From a virus, in the IMG/VR virus record IMGVR_UViG_3300012927_000002, positions 1 through 52,198 of that record: a stretch of 52,198 bases of DNA. The stretch is one strand, 5' to 3'. The notes under the pieces are model-generated. The model was not told the DNA's origin, made no database searches, and saw only the letters and a program-made list of their open reading frames with translations. Numbering within the stretch: the first letter of the stretch is position 1; every line of letters starts with the position of its first letter. Below, piece by piece: positions 32,531 to 40,328 of the stretch. Position numbers and translations under genes: made by a program.

Positions 32531-33855
32531 CACTCGCCCACCTCGCCCTTGCGCTTCGCGTAGGCGGTCGACATCTCGACCGTACCCTTGCCCTCGGGCA
32601 CGCCCGGCGCGGCCTTGAGGAAGTCGTTGTTGCCGGCCTTGGCGAGCTCGATGCTCCACGCCTTCCACTTCTGGAGGCCCGCGGAGAGCTCGCGGCGGTT
32701 CTTGCACTCCGCCAGCCACTCATGGAATTCCTTGAGGAGCTGGTTCAGCGGCGTCGCGGCGGGCCCGTCACCGCCCCCGAAGCCGTCGTCCTCGGGCTCC
32801 TGGTCGCCAGACGCACCAGAGGGCGTCGAGGTCGGGCTCGACGCCGATGCGGTCGACGTAGAAGTGGCCGGCTCCGCAGACGCGCCGCCACCACCCGGCG
32901 CCGGGGTAGGGTCGCGCTTGGCCTCAACCTTGGCCACCGCGGCGTCGAGCTTGCTGGCCGACGACTCGGATGAAGTCGAGGCGGGCGTGGTGCTGGCGGA
33001 GGACGGCGCGGAGGTCGAAGCCTCGGATGATCCCCCCGAGGAACCAGCGCTTGATGCGGGGGGCGTCGTAGGGCGCTCCGTCGACTTCGCCTCGATCGGC
33101 TTGGCCTTCGCCCTTCGCTTGGCCTCGTCGATGTTGGCCTGCGGACCAACGAGCTTCGGGTCCTCGGCGATGTTGCTACCCTGGACCACGGGCTCCGATT
33201 TTTGCGCGGGGAGCGGCGCGAACGCCGGCGACCGGCTCTCCGTGCTCGATGCGTCGATGAAGTCGCCGTCCATCGCCTCCTCGCGCGACACCATGCCGGC
33301 GACGACATCGGGCCAGACGATCCGGCCGAGCTGCATGCTGCAGCGCGCGTTGAGCATGTCCTGCTGGTAGTTCTGCCACACCGGCTTGGTGGTGAGCCCG
33401 GCCTTCTGGGCGCGGGCCATGGTCCAGGTGACGGACTTCTCCGGTCGCCCGCGCCGCTTCGTGACCCAGGTCGACTGATTGTCGTCGCAGGTCTGGACCT
33501 CGAAGTACTCGCAATCGGGATGCGAGACGATCACCGCGCGGATGCCCTCTGCCATCAGGCGAGGGACGCCGTCCCACGTGGTGTAGAGGCGCAGCGCGGC
33601 CATCGGCGGAATGCCGACCTCGGCGCCGCACATGATCACGATCGACATGTCGGCGGGCCGGTCCTTGAACGCCTTCGGCACGATGCCGGCGCCGGCGAGC
33701 GCCTGACACATCTGCTGCACCTCCAAGAAGTTGCGCGGCACGATCGCGCTGGGTCTGGCGCCGGGCGCCATCTCGTCACGGGCGGCGAGTTGCCTTTCCT
33801 GGCGCGGCGTCATCGGCGCGAGGGCGGTTCCGGTGTTGTCGTTCTGGGTGGTCAC
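32530..33855 (-). CDS. recT: RecT-family single-strand annealing protein with a long Ser/Thr/Ala/Pro linker and an extra C-terminal helical domain
   Basis: 441 aa. ...IVIMCGAEVGIPPMAALRLYTTWDGVPRLMAEG...ARAQKAGLTTKPVWQNYQQDMLNARCSMQLGRIVWPDVVAGMVSREE follows the RecT pattern as remembered. Confidence 0.7.
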   Translation of the reverse strand: MTTQNDNTGTALAPMTPRQERQLAARDEMAPGARPSAIVPRNFLEVQQMCQALAGAGIVPKAFKDRPADMSIVIMCGAEVGIPPMAALRLYTTWDGVPRLMAEGIRAVIVSHPDCEYFEVQTCDDNQSTWVTKRRGRPEKSVTWTMARAQKAGLTTKPVWQNYQQDMLNARCSMQLGRIVWPDVVAGMVSREEAMDGDFIDASSTESRSPAFAPLPAQKSEPVVQGSNIAEDPKLVGPQANIDEAKRRAKAKPIEAKSTERPTTPPASSAGSSGGSSEASTSAPSSASTTPASTSSESSASKLDAAVAKVEAKRDPTPAPGGGGASAEPATSTSTASASSPTSTPSGASGDQEPEDDGFGGGDGPAATPLNQLLKEFHEWLAECKNRRELSAGLQKWKAWSIELAKAGNNDFLKAAPGVPEGKGTVEMSTAYAKRKGEVGE

Positions 33856-33880
33856 GTTGGGGTAGCTCCGGTGAGGGGTG

Positions 33881-33909
33881 TTGACGGCATCGAACTAGTT
33901 GTGTACTAC
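33881..33909 (+). promoter_or_regulatory. Candidate sigma70-type promoter for a near-leaderless transcript of the replication operon
   Basis: TTGACG-17 nt-TACTAC, then 9 nt to ATG 33919. No SD lies between them. Confidence 0.4.
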
Positions 33910-33918
33910 TTTCCTAGC

Positions 33919-34212
33919 ATGTCACGCAAGCCCGCCGTTACACCTCAGCGGATCCCGGCGGTGCCCGGCCAGTCCGCCATCCCCCAGGTCCCCAAACCGC
34001 CGCGCGAACCGATGACCCGGATGGAGGCGATGTACTTCGCCGTCCTGGTCCACTGGTACAAGCATCGGTCCTACGCGCCCACGCTGCACGAGCTGGGCAA
34101 CCTGTGTCGGCCGCGCCGAAGCCCGACCGCGGTCCGCACGTGCCTGCTGGCGTGCGAGAGCAAGGGCTACGTCACGCGCGATGACGGCGGCCACTTCGTG
34201 GTGATCCGGTGA
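33919..34212 (+). CDS. Winged-helix DNA-binding protein (LexA N-terminal-domain-like)
   Basis: 97 aa. ...MTRMEAMYFAVLVHWYKHRSYAPTLHELGNLCRPRRSPTAVRTCLLACESKGYVTRDDGGHFVVI fits the wHTH layout. Confidence 0.5.
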   Translation: MSRKPAVTPQRIPAVPGQSAIPQVPKPPREPMTRMEAMYFAVLVHWYKHRSYAPTLHELGNLCRPRRSPTAVRTCLLACESKGYVTRDDGGHFVVIR

Positions 34213-34415
34213 GCGACCGTAGCGATCCACCGGGGATAGAGGTCGACATCGGGACCTCGTTCACCGCGGCCCGCCAAGCGCTGACGCCGAGCGTTGCCCC
34301 GCACGAGCGGACGAGCACGACGACGCTCCTGGCAGTATCCGTGCTCGCGGCCGGCGCGATGATCACCGGGGCCCTACTCCGCATCAACCTCACGATCTGG
34401 CGGAGCTACCAGTGA
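34209..34415 (+). CDS. Small membrane protein
   Basis: 68 aa, GTGA overlap. TM segment TTLLAVSVLAAGAMITGALL. Confidence 0.45.
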   Translation: MSDRSDPPGIEVDIGTSFTAARQALTPSVAPHERTSTTTLLAVSVLAAGAMITGALLRINLTIWRSYQ

Positions 34416-34693
34416 CGCCCGCCGGACGCCTACGTCTCGCAGGCCTGGCGTGGCGTGCATCGCGGGGCGGTATGACCCTGATCGAGCCGGGACAGATCCC
34501 GGAGGGGCTCTACACCGCCGCCGGGTTCTACGTCGACATCTGCCCCAAGTTGCCCGATGAGGTCGACGTCCACGACGACGACGCGATCGATGCGTACATG
34601 GACTTCGCGCTCGACAGCGAAAGCCTGATGCTCGATGCGGTCGAGCGGCAGATCGCGTGGACGGAGTCCGGTCGCCGGGGGAACTGCTCATGA
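34412..34693 (+). CDS. Hypothetical acidic protein
   Basis: 93 aa, GTGA overlap. An alternative internal start is MTLIEPG. Confidence 0.45.
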   Translation: MTPAGRLRLAGLAWRASRGGMTLIEPGQIPEGLYTAAGFYVDICPKLPDEVDVHDDDAIDAYMDFALDSESLMLDAVERQIAWTESGRRGNCS

Positions 34694-34869
34694 TCCGGCG
34701 CGGGAGGATCGAAAGCATTCCGCACATCACCGACGCCTCGGACCGCTTCGAGGTCGAGATCTTCTTTCTCGGGTGGGCGGCCGAGGTTGTCGATCGGCTG
34801 CACCGCGTCATCTACCGCGCAGAGCGCGAAGCATCGGAATGGTTTGACATCGGAGGAGAGAGCGCATGA
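34690..34869 (+). CDS. Hypothetical small protein
   Basis: 59 aa from ATG 34690 (ATGA overlap): MIRRGRIESIPHITDASDRFEVEIFFLGW... Confidence 0.4.
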   Translation: MIRRGRIESIPHITDASDRFEVEIFFLGWAAEVVDRLHRVIYRAEREASEWFDIGGESA

Positions 34870-35771
34870 AGACCAAGGAAAAGAAGAAGCCGAGCGGCTC
34901 GCAGGCTGACGTTGGTGTCCGCGGTACACTATGGCGATTCGATCCGTTCGAGCTGACCATCGTTGGGCACGACACCGACGAGAAAGACCACGAGCTCTGC
35001 GACCACGAGAGCAACGCGTTCCGGTCCGAGGAGTACACCGAGTACATCAACTATATGCGGCTGAACGGCATCGACAAGCCGATCATCTTCCGCCGCGACG
35101 GCAGCCGCGTGCTCGTGGTCGAGGGCCGCACCACGACGCGCGTAGCTCGGCTGGTCGCCCCGCTGTGGGAACAAGACCGCAAGGCCGAGGGGCTCAAGGG
35201 CGACGACTGCAAGCTCATGGTCCCCGGTGTGGTGCGCCGCGGTACGGCGGACGAGATGTTCTGCGTGTCGCGCGCCGCGAACCGCCGGCGGCCCGGCTCC
35301 GACTCCGCGATGGTGGACGCCAAGTCGATGGCCCGCCTGGTCAACAACGGCGCCACCGACGAGCAGGCCGCGGTCAGGTTGGGCCTGGCGCCGAGCCGGG
35401 GTAAGCAGCTCCTCCAGCTCCTCCAGCTCCACCCGAAGATCCAGCGTCGCGTGGGCGTTGACGTCTCGCTTGACGCTGCGGTGAAGCTCGCCAAGCTGCC
35501 GGCCGCCGAGCAGGTGGCCAGGCTGACGGAAATCTCGGCCGCCGGTCAGAGGCCCACCGCGCGGGCGCTCAAGGACAAGGCCCGCGAGGCCACCGGCAAG
35601 CCCCCGGTCGAGACGGCGAGCGCGAAGCTCAAGCGCATGCAGCTGGACGAGGTCGAGCTGATCGCGCTCAAGGAGACACGTGACGAGCTGGCCGCGAACC
35701 ACAGCTCATGGGAGGGCGGCACCGAGGACATCACCGCCGTGCTCGATAAGATCTTGGGGTGGTTCGCGTGA
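34866..35771 (+). CDS. ParB-like nuclease-domain protein
   Basis: 301 aa. ...NGIDKPIIFRRDGSRVLVVEGRTTTRVARLV... resembles the ParB/Srx motif, followed by an HTH-like region (ATDEQAAVRLGLAPSRGKQLL). No ParA partner was seen. Confidence 0.55.
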   Translation: MKTKEKKKPSGSQADVGVRGTLWRFDPFELTIVGHDTDEKDHELCDHESNAFRSEEYTEYINYMRLNGIDKPIIFRRDGSRVLVVEGRTTTRVARLVAPLWEQDRKAEGLKGDDCKLMVPGVVRRGTADEMFCVSRAANRRRPGSDSAMVDAKSMARLVNNGATDEQAAVRLGLAPSRGKQLLQLLQLHPKIQRRVGVDVSLDAAVKLAKLPAAEQVARLTEISAAGQRPTARALKDKAREATGKPPVETASAKLKRMQLDEVELIALKETRDELAANHSSWEGGTEDITAVLDKILGWFA

Positions 35772-35965
35772 AGCGCAAGCCCGCCAAGTCGAAGCCGCTG
35801 CCGGTGGTCACCGTCACGGGTCCCGGCGATCGCGACCACGCCGAGATGATGGCCTTGCTCCGCCGCGCGGTCCGACTCAAGGGATCGATCGTGCGCTCAT
35901 GGTCAGTGTTTGACCGCATGGTCACGATCGATATCTACGACGATCGCCCGCGGAGGTCTCGATGA
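35768..35965 (+). CDS. Hypothetical basic protein
   Basis: 65 aa from GTG 35768 (GTGA overlap). Confidence 0.4.
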   Translation: MKRKPAKSKPLPVVTVTGPGDRDHAEMMALLRRAVRLKGSIVRSWSVFDRMVTIDIYDDRPRRSR

Positions 35966-36471
35966 GCCGCGGCGAGCGCATCAAGGGGCCCGGCCCGCTG
36001 GAAGCCATCATCGCCGACCCGGACAAGTACACGCTCAAGCGCGCAGCGTGGGCCTACGGCTGCGCGGCGAAGGGCTCGGAGATCGAGGCGGCGCTGCTCG
36101 CGGTCCTGATCGAGAAGACCAGGATCGCGAGGCTGCAGGGTCCACCCCGCATCACGGAGACGAAGTTCGCACGGGAATACATGGGCACGTGGAAGGAGAC
36201 GCCACCTGTCCCGCCCCCGACGATCAAGTTCGCCCCGGTTGAGCCGGGTACTGGCATCAACGGCAGCGACTTTCACCCGACGCCATTCTTTCCGCCGTTC
36301 TCGGTCCCGATCGGCAAGCCCATCCTGCGCGAGGACCCGATGGAGGCGTTCGGATCCCGCAAGCCCTGGTGGTACGGCACACCGGCTTCCTCGCGCCCGT
36401 CATCCCACTGCCACCCCGGCGACAGGTGCGAGAACCCCACGTGCGAGACCTGCGGGCCGGCGCGCCGATGA
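35962..36471 (+). CDS. Hypothetical protein (C-terminal HCHPGDRCENPTCETC)
   Basis: 169 aa, with ATGA overlaps at both ends. Confidence 0.55.
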   Translation: MSRGERIKGPGPLEAIIADPDKYTLKRAAWAYGCAAKGSEIEAALLAVLIEKTRIARLQGPPRITETKFAREYMGTWKETPPVPPPTIKFAPVEPGTGINGSDFHPTPFFPPFSVPIGKPILREDPMEAFGSRKPWWYGTPASSRPSSHCHPGDRCENPTCETCGPARR

Positions 36472-36725
36472 GCACCCAGCACGTCGAATCGTGCCCATGC
36501 ATTGCGTGCGCATCCGAACGTTCTTCGAGAGATCGCAGGCTGCATCGGGGCGACGGAAGATGGATCGATCTCGACGATCTGCGCAGGGATATTGCCGCCG
36601 AGGTGAAGGCGAAGGCCATCGCCGCGGGACTCGAGGGCGTCAGGGTCAGCGTAAGGATCGAGAATCCAGACAAGCGCGGAGGTCGGGTCGTCGACGTCTC
36701 GCTCGCGCTCGTGAGGAAGCGATGA
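36468..36725 (+). CDS. Hypothetical protein
   Basis: 85 aa from ATG 36468: MSTQHVESCPCIACASE... Confidence 0.45.
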   Translation: MSTQHVESCPCIACASERSSRDRRLHRGDGRWIDLDDLRRDIAAEVKAKAIAAGLEGVRVSVRIENPDKRGGRVVDVSLALVRKR

Positions 36726-37948
36726 CCCTCGACAAAGCCACGGTGCTCGCGCAACTCCGCGCCGAGGACGTCGCCGCGCACTACGGCATCACCGGAAGAT
36801 GGCAGAGGCGCTGGATGCGCTCGACGCGCTGCGGGACCACAGACCACGGTGCCGAGGCATTCGGGATCTCGCGCGATGGCAAATGGAGCTGCCACGCTTG
36901 TGACCAAGGCGGCGACCTCCTCAAGCTGATCGCGGTCGCCGAGAAGCTCGACATGCGCTCGGACTTCCCCGCGATCATCGCGCTCGCCGCGTCCATCGCG
37001 GGCGTCGAGGACGACGAGGGCTTCGGCATGGCCGCGAAGCCAGCGCCGAAGCCGCGCGAGCCGCTGCCCCCGGTCGTACCACTGGCCCAGCGCATCTCGA
37101 TCGCATCACGCCGTGCGTCATGGGCCTGGGGGCGCCTGCATACGTACGAGGAGGCGCTATCGGTGCGCCCGGACGGTTCGGTGAGATCGCTCAGCGACAT
37201 GTACCTACGCGATCGCGGCGTCGATCCTGCTGTGGTTCGGGCACACGAGGAGTTTCGCGAGACGCCGCTCCGGTGCACGATGGCGGAGGTGTGCGCGAAG
37301 CCCGAGCTCAAGTCGCTGTCCTACCTGTTCGCAGCCCCCGGCATCGCGTTTCCGGTGCGCGAGGTCGTGACCGGTGCGCTCGTCGACATCAGAGTGCGCC
37401 GCCTCGAGCCGCGCCCCGACCAGCCGAAGATCATCGGCATGCTCGGCGGCGTGACCTCGGGGCCCGCGGAGGCCGGACGCCCGCGCCAGCTCGTGGGGTG
37501 CTACGGAAAGCCCCACCTGGTTGACAGCGACCTGGTGGTAGTCGGCGAGGGCCTGATGGACTACGCAACCGGGCTCTGCGTGTGGCCCAACGCCTGCGTA
37601 CTCGGCGCGGTGTCCGCCGGCGAGCTCGGGATCGTGGCGGCGCACGCGGCGCGCCAGCTGGCGGCGCGGGGCAGCGGCCGGATGATCATCGTCGAGCAGG
37701 ACGACCCGCCCGGCGTGCACCGCGACGGCCGAGCGCGGCTCGGCGCGGCGGACGCGGCGATCAACGAGGACCCGAACGCGGCGGCGAAGGTCGCGGCTCG
37801 CGTGCTCGGACCGGCCCGGGTCGGCTGGTTGTTCTGCGGCGGTCATACGTGGGTCGATCCGACCGACGGGAAGACGAAGCCGACCAAGGATCTCAACGAC
37901 CTCGTGCGCGCCGGCGTGGCGCCGCAAGAGCTGGTGAGGTGGACTTGA
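36722..37948 (+). CDS. DnaG-like DNA primase (CHC2 zinc finger plus Toprim-like region)
   Basis: 408 aa from ATG 36722. RCGTTDHGAEAFGISRDGKWSCHACDQGGDLLKLIA fits zf-CHC2. LVVVGEGLMDYAT ... IIVEQDDPPG fit the Toprim acidic motifs. Confidence 0.65.
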   Translation: MTLDKATVLAQLRAEDVAAHYGITGRWQRRWMRSTRCGTTDHGAEAFGISRDGKWSCHACDQGGDLLKLIAVAEKLDMRSDFPAIIALAASIAGVEDDEGFGMAAKPAPKPREPLPPVVPLAQRISIASRRASWAWGRLHTYEEALSVRPDGSVRSLSDMYLRDRGVDPAVVRAHEEFRETPLRCTMAEVCAKPELKSLSYLFAAPGIAFPVREVVTGALVDIRVRRLEPRPDQPKIIGMLGGVTSGPAEAGRPRQLVGCYGKPHLVDSDLVVVGEGLMDYATGLCVWPNACVLGAVSAGELGIVAAHAARQLAARGSGRMIIVEQDDPPGVHRDGRARLGAADAAINEDPNAAAKVAARVLGPARVGWLFCGGHTWVDPTDGKTKPTKDLNDLVRAGVAPQELVRWT

Positions 37949-38415
37949 TCACTCGAATCATCTCGGGCGCTCAGACCGGAGCCGATCGCGGCGCGCTACT
38001 GGCGGCTCACGATCTTGGCATCCGGCGTGGTGGATGCGCTCCACTTGGGTGGCGCGCGGAGGACAGCCTCATCCCGGAGTGGTTCCGGTCGGGCATGAAC
38101 CAGAGCCCGTCGGGATCGTACCGCGTGCGCACGCAGAACAACGTGGAGCACAGCGACGGAACCCTGATCCTGTCGCTTGGCCCGCTCACGATGGACAGCG
38201 GCAGCATGCTCACAGCCCAGCTTGCCCGGCGATTCCGCAAACCAGTGCTCCACCTGCTAGTTCCGCTCGGCGTCGTTGGCATGCAGCGCGCCAACGAGTG
38301 GATCGATCGGTGGAGTATCTACGTGCTCAACGTCGCCGGTCCGCGCGAGAGCCGGGAGCCCGGACTTCAGGATCTCGTGCACGCCGCCCTGATCGGTCTA
38401 CTGGGTAACCGATGA
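37945..38415 (+). CDS. SLOG-superfamily protein (YpsA-related / so-called molybdenum-carrier family)
   Basis: 156 aa from TTG 37945 (TTGA overlap). IISGAQTGADRGALLAAHDLGI..GGCAPLGWRAED...YRVRTQNNVEHSDGTLIL...LNVAGPRESREPG matches the remembered family signature. Confidence 0.6.
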   Translation: MITRIISGAQTGADRGALLAAHDLGIRRGGCAPLGWRAEDSLIPEWFRSGMNQSPSGSYRVRTQNNVEHSDGTLILSLGPLTMDSGSMLTAQLARRFRKPVLHLLVPLGVVGMQRANEWIDRWSIYVLNVAGPRESREPGLQDLVHAALIGLLGNR

Positions 38416-38624
38416 AGTGCGCCTGCGACGGCCCACTGATCTGCCTCGAATGCCGCGCGGAGATCGCGCGGCGCGTAGCCGGCGAGGGCGGCGGGTGGAC
38501 GTGGACCATCGCGGGCATCAAGGCCATGTGGGCGGCGACTGACGCGGCGAAAAAACGGAGGGCGGCGGTGGCCGTAGTAGCGACGGCCGACGAAGACGAC
38601 AGCTTCGGATGGAGCCCGACGTGA
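38412..38624 (+). CDS. Hypothetical small Cys-containing protein
   Basis: 70 aa, ATGA overlap: MKCACDGPLICLECRAEIARR... Confidence 0.45.
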   Translation: MKCACDGPLICLECRAEIARRVAGEGGGWTWTIAGIKAMWAATDAAKKRRAAVAVVATADEDDSFGWSPT

Positions 38625-39913
38625 TGCCCGACGCAGAAGACGATGAGCCCACGAACGTGATCCCGTTCCCCGCGGTTCGCGTGAACGAGAAGCTCAAGGA
38701 GATGTGGCTGTCGGAGACGGCGCTGCAGAACGAGAAGCTGTCGCAGCGGGACCGCTTCAGGTCGCCGCTGCAGTGCCTAGACGACATCATGCGGCGCCGC
38801 GGGCTTCCGGTGTTCCTGTGGCCGGCGGCGTGGCCGCAGCTCGCCGAGCGCTGCCGCTGCTACCCGGGTGACGTGGTGATCGTCACCGGGCCGACCGGGG
38901 CCGGCAAGACGAGCTTTGCGATCCAGGTCGGCCTGAGCTTCACCGGCGGCGGCATCCCCGTGCTGTGGTGCGCGCTCGAGCTCGACCCGACGCAGATCAC
39001 GGAGCGCATCGTCGCCAACATGCACGGCGTGCACACGATGGCGATCAAGGAACACTGGGAGCGCGACCGGATCGCCCACAGCCTCGCGATGGTCGACGAC
39101 ATGTGGCGGTTCGTCGACCGCATCATGGACCCGGAGCAACAGTTCGCCGCGGTGCGCCGCGCGATCGCGCTGGTCTGGCGTATCTACCGCATCAAGCCGC
39201 TCGTGATCGTCGACTACCTCGGCAAGCTGTCGTCGATGGCGCGCGACATCCGCCAGGCCACGATCCAGGCGGCCGAGTCGATCCGCGCGCTGGCCGTCGA
39301 CGAGGAGTGCTTCGTGCTCCTGCTGGCGCAGCCGAGCCGTGCGAAGAACCAGGCGCTCACCGGCAAGGTCGAGCACGAGAGCGCGACCGACACGTCCGGG
39401 TCGGCGGCTGAATCAGGCGAGGCCGAGAACGCGGCGGCGATCGAGATCAACCTGGAGGTGTTCAAGGCCGACGACCAGATGGAGCTCGATGCCCGCTGGA
39501 ACATCGCCAAGAGCCGGCACGTCGGCCGCGAGGGCAAGGTGGGCTCCATCTTCTCGAAGCCCGGCGGCGTGTGGCGCGAGCTGGACTACATCACCGCGCA
39601 TCCGATGGCGATCAAGGCCGAGGAAGACAAGCAAAAGAAGGACGTCAAAAACCGGACCGAGAAGCCGCAGAGCCGCGAGGAGATCCGGAGGGATCTGAAC
39701 CTGTCCGCTTCGTCGGACGCCGACCGCGTGCGGCGCCTGGCGCTCCTCGACGCGATCCAGCGGTCCGGGTCGGACGGGATGGAGCAGGGCCCTATGCGCG
39801 CCGTGCGCGGCCTCGGCCGGCTACCCCAGGTCACACGTGCGCTGCAGGAGCTCGAGCACGGCGGCGCGATCATGCGGCTGCCCACGGGACGCTGGCGCGT
39901 GGTGCCGCGCTAG
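38624..39913 (+). CDS. DnaB-like / RecA-fold replicative helicase
   Basis: 429 aa. Walker A VIVTGPTGAGKTSFA and Walker B LVIVDYLGKL, then LLLAQPSR...NIAKSRHVGREG, typical of the DnaB C-terminal domain. Confidence 0.7.
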   Translation: MPDAEDDEPTNVIPFPAVRVNEKLKEMWLSETALQNEKLSQRDRFRSPLQCLDDIMRRRGLPVFLWPAAWPQLAERCRCYPGDVVIVTGPTGAGKTSFAIQVGLSFTGGGIPVLWCALELDPTQITERIVANMHGVHTMAIKEHWERDRIAHSLAMVDDMWRFVDRIMDPEQQFAAVRRAIALVWRIYRIKPLVIVDYLGKLSSMARDIRQATIQAAESIRALAVDEECFVLLLAQPSRAKNQALTGKVEHESATDTSGSAAESGEAENAAAIEINLEVFKADDQMELDARWNIAKSRHVGREGKVGSIFSKPGGVWRELDYITAHPMAIKAEEDKQKKDVKNRTEKPQSREEIRRDLNLSASSDADRVRRLALLDAIQRSGSDGMEQGPMRAVRGLGRLPQVTRALQELEHGGAIMRLPTGRWRVVPR

Positions 39914-39923
39914 GCGCAAAAGA

Positions 39924-39951
39924 AAACACCCCAAAGACATCTGGGGTGTTT
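39924..39951. terminator. Bidirectional intrinsic terminator between convergent operons
   Basis: aaacacccca-aagacatc-tggggtgttt: a 10-bp perfect stem with an 8-nt loop. A T-run follows on the plus strand, and ttttcttttgcg follows on the minus strand. Confidence 0.75.
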
Positions 39952-40008
39952 GCCTGGCTGCCTTCGATCCAGGAGGTGAGTCTAGATCCGGGCGACCTCA
40001 GGGATAGG

Positions 40009-40212
40009 CTAACCGATCGTGGGCGGCGTGGGAACCGGATTGGCCGGGTCCTGGCCGAGCTCCTTGAGGTGCGTGCTGAGCGCGGTCATCTCGGCGATCT
40101 GTTCGTCGGTCGCGTTGTTGCCCAGGGCGGCGATCAGGCGGTCGATGCGAGCGGCCACGGCGTTGGTGCCATCGTTGAAGGCGGCGATGAGGTCGGTGAA
40201 CTTGTCGGCCAT
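40009..40212 (-). CDS. Small helical protein downstream of the fibre gene (possible fibre chaperone/assembly factor)
   Basis: 67 aa from ATG 40212 (gaAGGAttccagctcATG): MADKFTDLIAAFNDGTNAVAARIDRLIAALGNN.... A longer start at 40281 is possible. Confidence 0.45.
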   Translation of the reverse strand: MADKFTDLIAAFNDGTNAVAARIDRLIAALGNNATDEQIAEMTALSTHLKELGQDPANPVPTPPTIG

Positions 40213-40328
40213 GAGCTGGAATCCTTCGGTGATCGCGTGAGCGATGATGCGGTGGCCGCGGGTTGAAGTGAAAGGCCACATGCCGGCGACCCTACCGCTC
40301 CGGGGTGACAGCGTCCAGTTCCGGTGAC

